Below, piece after piece: positions 57,423 to 64,000 of a DNA stretch of 64,000 bases (the first letter of the stretch is position 1; every line of letters begins with the position of its first letter). Origin of the DNA: an uncultured Candidatus Actinomarina sp. (GTDB lineage Bacteria; Actinomycetota; Acidimicrobiia; Actinomarinales; Actinomarinaceae); the NCBI GenBank assembly GCA_902615855.1, contig CACMQN010000007.1, forward strand, positions 3,525-67,524. The letters run 5' to 3'. A program made the translations under genes and the position numbers. The notes below the pieces were generated by a model that saw nothing but the letters and a program-made list of their open reading frames with translations, was not told the origin of the DNA and did no database searches.

Positions 57423-58645
57423 GAGTCGAGATAATCAATTTGCTCTTTAGTAAGAATTTCTAACTCTCCACCCATGAGTCCTAATTTTGTAGCCGCAATT
57501 TTTAAATCAACTTCACTTGGAAGAGTGTAAACTTTTGGCTCAAGCTTTTCATGATTTTCTTTAATCCATTCTGCAGCCAAAGCTTGGTTAGCAAATGACA
57601 TATCCATCACTGAAGCAGGATGGCCGGTTGCAGCAGCTAAATTAACAAGCCTTCCTTCAGCTAAAACTAAGATTTCCTTACCATCATATAAATAGCTCTC
57701 AACATGATCTCTAACTTTATGTACTTCGGAACTATCTTTTTTTAAAGCCTCTAAATTTATTTCTACATCAAAATGTCCCGCATTAGCTAAAACTACTCCA
57801 TCTTTCATTACATCAAAATGTTGTTTATCTAAAGCATGCATGTTTCCTGTAACAGAAACGATAACATCAGCAATTTTTGCTGCATTAACACTATTTTTTA
57901 CTTCGTAACCATGCATGAGAGCTTCTAAAGCACGCACCGAGTTTGGCTCAACCACTGTAACTTTAGCACCCATTCCATAGGCTCTTTCTGCTACTCCTTT
58001 TCCACAGTCACCAAATCCGATCACAACTACATCTAGACCAGCAATTAAGAGATCAGTTGCTCGTACAACTCCATCCATCGCACTTTGACCTGTTCCGAAT
58101 CGATTATCAAATAAATGCTTTGTGTCAGAGTCATTAACAGCAACGACAGGAAAGCGAAGTTTATTATTTTTCTCCATCGACTTTAGTCTTATTACTCCAG
58201 TAGTTGTTTCTTCCATTGAACCCATAACTGGTAAATCAGATCTATCAGTTAAAAGTAATGTAACTAAATCAGCTCCATCATCCATAGTGATATCAGGTTT
58301 TGTGTCTAAAACAGAATTTAGATGCTTAAAGAATTCATCATTTGATACTCCATGTACTGCATGTACTTCAACATCATTTTCAGCAAGGTAGGCAGCAACT
58401 GAATCTTTAGTTGATAGTGGATTCGATGCACACAATGCAACATTTGCCCCTGCAGCTTTTAAAGTAAGCATTAAATTAGCTGTTTCTTTTGTTACGTGCA
58501 TGCATGCACCTATATTCAAACCATTTAATGGTTTATTACTTGAGAACTCAGTTTTAATTTCATCAAGAACTTTCATTTGCCTTGCAGCCCAATCAACTTC
58601 CTGTTGACCTACAGCTGATAGATTTTTGTCTTTTATAGTAGACAT
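57401..58645 (-). CDS. ahcY: Adenosylhomocysteinase
   Basis: NAD motif 'VIGFGDCGKG' and 'HFD.EI'; 414 aa. Confidence 0.95.
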   Translation of the reverse strand: MSTIKDKNLSAVGQQEVDWAARQMKVLDEIKTEFSSNKPLNGLNIGACMHVTKETANLMLTLKAAGANVALCASNPLSTKDSVAAYLAENDVEVHAVHGVSNDEFFKHLNSVLDTKPDITMDDGADLVTLLLTDRSDLPVMGSMEETTTGVIRLKSMEKNNKLRFPVVAVNDSDTKHLFDNRFGTGQSAMDGVVRATDLLIAGLDVVVIGFGDCGKGVAERAYGMGAKVTVVEPNSVRALEALMHGYEVKNSVNAAKIADVIVSVTGNMHALDKQHFDVMKDGVVLANAGHFDVEINLEALKKDSSEVHKVRDHVESYLYDGKEILVLAEGRLVNLAAATGHPASVMDMSFANQALAAEWIKENHEKLEPKVYTLPSEVDLKIAATKLGLMGGELEILTKEQIDYLDSWEHGTS

Positions 58646-59640
58646 TATCCTCCTAGTAATTTTTTTAAATTTTCAATTGTATCTATATTTTCTGGATCAA
58701 TAGTTAGTTTGTTAGCTAAGTTTAAACTAACTAAATCACCTAGTAATACTAACTCCAACAGGGTTTTTAGCGTACTTTCCTGATTGTTTAAATTAACTTC
58801 AACAATATTTACTTTCTCTCCTATCAATTCTTTGGTAAATTCAAATCTTTTACTAATTTGTACATGTTCATTTTTGTCACGAATCAGAATAACAATATAA
58901 TTTTTTTTACTTCCATCTATGTCTGCATCCCATGAGAGAATTTCATTGTGATGTACCTCTGGTAGATAACCAACAAAAGCTTTAGATTTTGCGTTCTCAT
59001 TAATCTGAGTTTTCCAACGTGACGATACAACCTTTGACATACCGGTTCCTGAATATATAATTACAGTTTTTTTGTTGATACTTTCACATATATTTAAAGA
59101 AAATTTGTTGATGTCAGACTCTTCAGCCTTTTCAGATAGTTTATCCAAATATGAACTTGCTTCATTCAATTGAGATACATAATCTGAACCTTCAACAATA
59201 TCTAAAATTCTTGAAATAGCTAAAGTAAGATATCCAAATGCTGCCCTTGGTTGTAGTCCACTTGGTATCTTAATATATTCTTTACCTTCTTCTTGAGCGA
59301 TATCAATTAACTTCCCACCGCTTGAAATAACGATCCAATCTAAATTATTTTTGTTGGCATCAGATATACCTGATAACGTCTCTTCTGTGTTGCCAGAATA
59401 TGAAATAAATAAACATAAAGGTCTAAACTTTAAAAACTGTTTTGGGATTGAATACTCTTTGTGAACAATTATATTTTTATCAGATATTTCATTAGATAGT
59501 ACTTTCATCACATCTCCTGCGACACCTGAACCGCCCATTCCCATAATTAGTAAATTCTCATATGAAATTTTTTCAAGATTACTAGAAGACTCAAGATCAG
59601 ATATTATTTGATTTTTTAGGTCGAATGCAATATTTAACAT
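58645..59640 (-). CDS. SIS-domain bifunctional phosphoglucose/phosphomannose isomerase family protein
   Basis: 'GMGGSGVAGDV' and 'SYSGNTEET'. It is adjacent to the phosphomannomutase gene. Confidence 0.75.
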   Translation of the reverse strand: MLNIAFDLKNQIISDLESSSNLEKISYENLLIMGMGGSGVAGDVMKVLSNEISDKNIIVHKEYSIPKQFLKFRPLCLFISYSGNTEETLSGISDANKNNLDWIVISSGGKLIDIAQEEGKEYIKIPSGLQPRAAFGYLTLAISRILDIVEGSDYVSQLNEASSYLDKLSEKAEESDINKFSLNICESINKKTVIIYSGTGMSKVVSSRWKTQINENAKSKAFVGYLPEVHHNEILSWDADIDGSKKNYIVILIRDKNEHVQISKRFEFTKELIGEKVNIVEVNLNNQESTLKTLLELVLLGDLVSLNLANKLTIDPENIDTIENLKKLLGG

Positions 59641-59643
59641 CTA

Positions 59644-60981
59644 TTAACTTATTATATTTGAAATTTTTTCAATGATGTTGTCTAAAGTTTTTTGATTGAT
59701 TGCTTCTGCATTTAATCTAAGCATAGGCTCAGTATTCGATCCCCGCACATTAAACCAAAAGTCATCAGAAAAATATGATATTCCATCTAATTTATCAAAT
59801 TCACCCTCAAAAGAATTTTCAATTTTTTTTAAACTTGTCTCTACATCTTCGACATTGTAATTTATTTCACCAGATGACGGCTTAAAGTTGTAATTTTTTA
59901 CAAGTTCTGAACTTTTAATATTTTTCTCAGATAAAATTTTTAAAAATATTAATAATGTCAATATTCCAGAATCAGCATAAAAATTTTCTCTCAAATAAAA
60001 ATGAGCGCTATGTTCTCCACCAAAATCTGCATCATTATCTCTCATAATTTTTTTTATGTATGAATGACCAACTTTAGATCTAATTGTCTTTATTCCTTTA
60101 TTTTTTAAATATTCAATAACAGATGGTTGAACATTTACATTATGAACTATCTTTATTTCAGATTTCTTTTCAAATAACCAATCAGAAATTAAACAAGTCA
60201 TCATACTTCCACTAATTACGTTTCCTTTATCATCAACAAATACAGACCTGTCAGCATCTCCATCAAAAGCAACTCCAAAATCAAAATTTTGTGACAATAC
60301 TTTATTCTTTAAATCTAGGAGATTGTCTTGGTTGGAAGGGTCTGCTGGATGATTTGGGAAGTTGCCATCTACTTCCATATAGAGGCCTTCAAAATTTAAA
60401 CTAAACGATTCTGATAGATCTTCAATAATTGCACCAAGGACACCATTTCCACCATCAATAGCAAATTTCACTTTGTCACTTATTTCAGATGGATCAACTA
60501 TATTTTTAAAATGTTCTAAATAAAGTTGATTCAAAGTTTGCATTTCAGGCAAATCTAACATATTAAAATCATCATAAAATTTTTCTGCTAACTTTTTGAT
60601 TTCTTTTAATCCTGTTTCTTGACCGATCGCTACCGCTCCACTGTTACAAAACTTCAAACCTGTGTACTCTTTTGGATTGTGAGATGCCGTAATAATCAAA
60701 CCAGGTAAATTCTTAATTCCAGAAAGCGTATAAACAACATCTGTTGGAACCATACCAACATACAAAACTTTTTTATTAACTGATTGTATTCCAGAACTTA
60801 TTGCTGCGAACATTTCATTATTTGAAATACGGCCATCATGTCCAACAATAATTTCATTTGAATCTACATAAGAAGCAAAAGCTGCGCCTATTTTAAAACC
60901 AACTTTTGGTGTAATTGTTTCGTTAAAAACACCTCTTACATCGTAAGCTTTAAAAATTAAATCTAGTTTATTTTCATCCAC
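59644..60981 (-). CDS. Phosphomannomutase/phosphoglucomutase
   Basis: Active-site 'TASHNP' and the metal loop 'FDGDADR'. Confidence 0.92.
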   Translation of the reverse strand: MDENKLDLIFKAYDVRGVFNETITPKVGFKIGAAFASYVDSNEIIVGHDGRISNNEMFAAISSGIQSVNKKVLYVGMVPTDVVYTLSGIKNLPGLIITASHNPKEYTGLKFCNSGAVAIGQETGLKEIKKLAEKFYDDFNMLDLPEMQTLNQLYLEHFKNIVDPSEISDKVKFAIDGGNGVLGAIIEDLSESFSLNFEGLYMEVDGNFPNHPADPSNQDNLLDLKNKVLSQNFDFGVAFDGDADRSVFVDDKGNVISGSMMTCLISDWLFEKKSEIKIVHNVNVQPSVIEYLKNKGIKTIRSKVGHSYIKKIMRDNDADFGGEHSAHFYLRENFYADSGILTLLIFLKILSEKNIKSSELVKNYNFKPSSGEINYNVEDVETSLKKIENSFEGEFDKLDGISYFSDDFWFNVRGSNTEPMLRLNAEAINQKTLDNIIEKISNIIS

Positions 60982-60996
60982 TCCATATGTATTGTA

Positions 60997-61737
60997 ATGT
61001 TAATGAAAATGAACAGCATGATTAATAATTTTTCAGTTGTAATACCGGTATTTAATGAAGAAGAAATCTTTTTAGAATCTGCAGATAAAATCTTCAATAT
61101 TTGCATAGAGATGAATATGCCGTTTGAAATTATTTTTTCCGAAAACGGCTCTATAGACAACACAAAAAATCTCATTCATACCTTTATAGAAGATAAAGAT
61201 AATTGTTTTATGATAAATAGTAACTATGCAAACTATGGCCTTGCATTAAAAAATGGATTTGAAATTGCAAAAAATGATGTTGTAATATCCTTTGATATTG
61301 ATTATTTTTCAAAAAAATTTCTTAAGCAATCATTGGAACTAGATGAGAAATTCGTAGCACTAGTTGCATCGAAAAGATTAAATGAATCTGAAGATGAAAG
61401 AACATTTATCAGAAAAATGGCAACATCAATATTTGTATTAATTTTAAAACTTTTATTTCAAACTTCACTTAGTGATACCCATGGAATGAAAGCTATAAGA
61501 AGATATAATATTCAAAAAGAAATCAATAATGTGATATCAACACAAGATATTTTTGATACTGAACTTTTAATTAGAATAGAGAAATCAGGATACAAAATTC
61601 TTGAAGTACCTGCAAAAGTAAATGAGATTCGACCAAGTGTGTCTGTTATTTTTACAAGAATTCCTAGAACACTAAAAAGTTTATTTTTATTACGGCTTCA
61701 ATTATTTAAAGAGTCTTTAAATACAAACAATTTATAA
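60997..61737 (+). CDS. Family 2 glycosyltransferase (polyprenyl-phosphate sugar synthase-like)
   Basis: 'SVVIPVFNEEE' and 'FDIDY'. The start may be a downstream Met (61018). Confidence 0.8.
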   Translation: MLMKMNSMINNFSVVIPVFNEEEIFLESADKIFNICIEMNMPFEIIFSENGSIDNTKNLIHTFIEDKDNCFMINSNYANYGLALKNGFEIAKNDVVISFDIDYFSKKFLKQSLELDEKFVALVASKRLNESEDERTFIRKMATSIFVLILKLLFQTSLSDTHGMKAIRRYNIQKEINNVISTQDIFDTELLIRIEKSGYKILEVPAKVNEIRPSVSVIFTRIPRTLKSLFLLRLQLFKESLNTNNL

Positions 61738-62168
61738 ATTAAATATTTAATGGGAAGAATAAAACCATGTATTAAAACAGTTGCTATTAGAAATTGTATT
61801 TCGTTATCTTGAATTGATGGTCTGATCAAGTCAATTAAAAACCAGATAAACAATGGAACAACTAAGTTGATTAAATTAGTAACCAAAAATTTTACAAATT
61901 CTTTAACTCCCCCCTCGTATATAGATAATTTAAAAATAATTCTTCTAGATAAAAAATATGAAACTATAACTCCTATTGAAAATGCAAAAATATTTGTTAA
62001 GTAGGTTCTTAAAGGAATCTCAATTGAATAAAAAACAAAAAATTGAAATAAATAGCTTATTCCAAGACCAAATACTAAGTTGAATCCACCAACAATATAC
62101 GTTCTTAATAGCTGGGCATAAGTGGAATCACCTGTTAATAATTTAGAATTTTTAAGTTTTTTTAACAT
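61698..62168 (-). CDS. GtrA-family membrane protein
   Basis: About 150 aa with 4 TM and the 'L.RY..VG' type N-terminus. Confidence 0.65.
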   Translation of the reverse strand: MLKKLKNSKLLTGDSTYAQLLRTYIVGGFNLVFGLGISYLFQFFVFYSIEIPLRTYLTNIFAFSIGVIVSYFLSRRIIFKLSIYEGGVKEFVKFLVTNLINLVVPLFIWFLIDLIRPSIQDNEIQFLIATVLIHGFILPIKYLIYKLFVFKDSLNN

Positions 62169-63996
62169 TTTTTACAGATCTAATAAAAATAATCAATGAT
62201 AAGACTAATGAAAATATTGAAAAATAGAAGCTGTTTTTTTCTAGTGTTGTTTTTTCAAAGTTGATCTCTACATATTCTTGATTAGGTATGACCGACATGA
62301 ATGAGGGAGAGGTCCTAAATGGCCCTAACCCATTTGAAATAGACCAATTTGGAAAGTAAGAAACTTTAATTAAATGTAATTCACCAGGATTATTTGTAAA
62401 AAATGAAATTTTATTATTTGTAATTTTCATGTCTGTAACTTCTAAATCATTCTTATTCGATGGCTGTATCAATATTTTATTACTTACTTCAACAACTCTC
62501 TTTTCATCAAGTTCATCAAAATTTTCATATGCTTTTTGAAAAAAATTAGTTATATTAGTTTCTCTAAAAACTGAACTTAGAATGCCTTCTTGTTTGTTTA
62601 CTTTTGAAAACACATCAATATCTTGATAAATTAATTCTACTTTTGAGGAATTGACTTCAAATACTGAGAACGGCTCTGATGAAAAAAGAAATGTTAGTTT
62701 ATCAGAATTCATTGCTTTTCTCTCAATTTCTTCTGTATATGTAATGAAATAATCGATACCTAGGTCATAAAGATACTCAACACCTTTATCAAATTGGTTA
62801 TTTATATATGACAGTCCACCTACTGGATTTGATGGTCTTTTTGCCAAACCAGATACAGATATAAAATGAAATGGGGTTGTAATACTTGAATCAAAATATA
62901 AACCTTCCATACTTGTATGTTTTGTAAAATAAGGAATTGTCATTAGCGTCATTGGTGTTCCATATTTATTCATATCTGAATTCGGTTCCCACATAATCCT
63001 TCCAGGTTTTAAATTGTCTAATTGTGTGTATAAGCTTTGAATTTGATTCCAGTCGTTCTTTCCTTCGTAACCTTTAAAATTCCAATTAAGCCAATGTGGC
63101 AAGAAAGATATAGTTGAAAAAATAATTGAAACAATCAGCAAATTAAGTTGTACAACAACATTTTTTAAATTTAGAATTGCAAAAATCATTATCAGAAAAA
63201 TGATTGGTATGTAAAGATTTAAATATGATTGGTTAGTAGACCATTTCTCATAAAATATATACAAACAATAAATTGTTCCACCTAAAAATATACCCGTTAA
63301 TACATTGACTCCCTGTTGATAAAGATTTATATCATCAATGAAAATTTCTACTGCTTTGAAAAATAAAAAAATAATTCCAAGATTGAAAAATGGTACCAAT
63401 CTACCATTCCAAAGAGCACCCTCTGGCACGTAAAAATAAAGGAGAATAGATGAGGAGATAATATAAAGATCAAATAAGGTTAGTGTCTTGTTTTTAATCA
63501 AATTTTTATGCTTTGCTATCAATAAACCAATCAAGATAAAGATGAGGGGTAAAATATCCTTCTTGATCAAATCATCTAATCTAGAAAATGGAGTGTAACT
63601 CATATTTGTTGTATATTCTAAATTCATCAACAATGAGACAGACCATCTTGATGCAAGTGCTAAAAAAATAAAGATTGAAAGTATTCTGTGATTTAGATTT
63701 TGTTTTTTTGATAACCAGTAAAATGCATAAATTGGAGAATAGATAATAAATGGAATTAAATGAGACAACAAACATAGAGCAAGAAAGATTGAACTAATTG
63801 TAAATCTAAAATTATTTTCAGATTTTATTAAATAATAAATTGATAGATTTGCAAATGCTAAAGAATATGCAAAAGAAAACTGCCCTGCCAATGTTGATGC
63901 TAAATTTCCACCATAAATAGTAAACGACTCAGTAAAAACGTAAAACAATCCAGCCGTAGCACCATATATTGAAATTTGATTAGATGTTTTTCTCAT
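62152..63996 (-). CDS. Large polytopic membrane protein with a C-terminal extracytoplasmic domain (possible GT-C-type glycosyltransferase)
   Basis: About 10 N-terminal TM helices, a soluble domain of ~270 aa, and a terminal TM. It is coupled to GtrA and adjacent to the GT2 gene. Confidence 0.45.
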   Translation of the reverse strand: MRKTSNQISIYGATAGLFYVFTESFTIYGGNLASTLAGQFSFAYSLAFANLSIYYLIKSENNFRFTISSIFLALCLLSHLIPFIIYSPIYAFYWLSKKQNLNHRILSIFIFLALASRWSVSLLMNLEYTTNMSYTPFSRLDDLIKKDILPLIFILIGLLIAKHKNLIKNKTLTLFDLYIISSSILLYFYVPEGALWNGRLVPFFNLGIIFLFFKAVEIFIDDINLYQQGVNVLTGIFLGGTIYCLYIFYEKWSTNQSYLNLYIPIIFLIMIFAILNLKNVVVQLNLLIVSIIFSTISFLPHWLNWNFKGYEGKNDWNQIQSLYTQLDNLKPGRIMWEPNSDMNKYGTPMTLMTIPYFTKHTSMEGLYFDSSITTPFHFISVSGLAKRPSNPVGGLSYINNQFDKGVEYLYDLGIDYFITYTEEIERKAMNSDKLTFLFSSEPFSVFEVNSSKVELIYQDIDVFSKVNKQEGILSSVFRETNITNFFQKAYENFDELDEKRVVEVSNKILIQPSNKNDLEVTDMKITNNKISFFTNNPGELHLIKVSYFPNWSISNGLGPFRTSPSFMSVIPNQEYVEINFEKTTLEKNSFYFSIFSLVLSLIIFIRSVKNVKKT

Positions 63997-64000
63997 AAGT

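Noticed and set aside
60963-61175. 70-aa minus-strand ORF overlapping the GT2 start
   Set aside because: It overlaps the well-supported GT2 N-terminus ('VVIPVFNEEE') on the other strand and has no motif.

Overview
AT-rich, very tightly packed bacterial chromosome segment with about 70 genes, mostly on the minus strand, many with overlapping stops and starts. No rRNA, CRISPR array, transposase or integrase was seen. The gene content and order look actinobacterial: WhiB, DUF3107, DUF3152, an Mca/MshB-type deacetylase, a class E-like sortase with an LAxTG signal, and Mycobacterium-like gene orders (hom-thrC...rho-rpmE-prfA-prmC-sua5...atpBEFHAGDC; tatD-rsmA-ispE...glmU-prs; prfB-ftsE-ftsX-smpB). 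I read it as a streamlined low-GC actinobacterium; that is inference.

Housekeeping content:
- a complete phosphate module (pstS-pstC-pstA-pstB-phoU-response regulator-kinase)
- the F1Fo ATP synthase operon
- glyA, rho, RF1, RF2 (with its programmed +1 frameshift), secA, ahcY and mannose-metabolism genes
- tRNA-Gln(UUG) and tmRNA

Main observations:
1. An ~8.2 kb accessory cassette (20785-28952) sits between thrC and rho. Its first gene is a single 1752-codon ORF. It encodes a signal anchor, repeat-rich surface-protein modules, an LADTG cell-wall sorting signal (motif + TM + RKRK), a cytoplasmic linker, a second TM, and a complete sortase catalytic domain (His/TLTTC/Arg). This looks like a sortase substrate fused in frame to its own sortase.
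2. Two same-frame ORFs (45559-46131) are one AhpD/CMD-family redox gene interrupted by an in-frame TGA at the second Cys of the CxxC motif. A GC-rich hairpin follows the TGA. This is a candidate selenoprotein.
3. PstS is an in-frame tandem duplication (two binding domains in one lipoprotein).
4. Two stable RNAs end 2 and 8 nt before start codons (tmRNA before lhgO, tRNA-Gln before glmU).
5. The phosphate-module histidine kinase has no sensor domain.

All calls come from reading the sequence and motifs; no searches were run.
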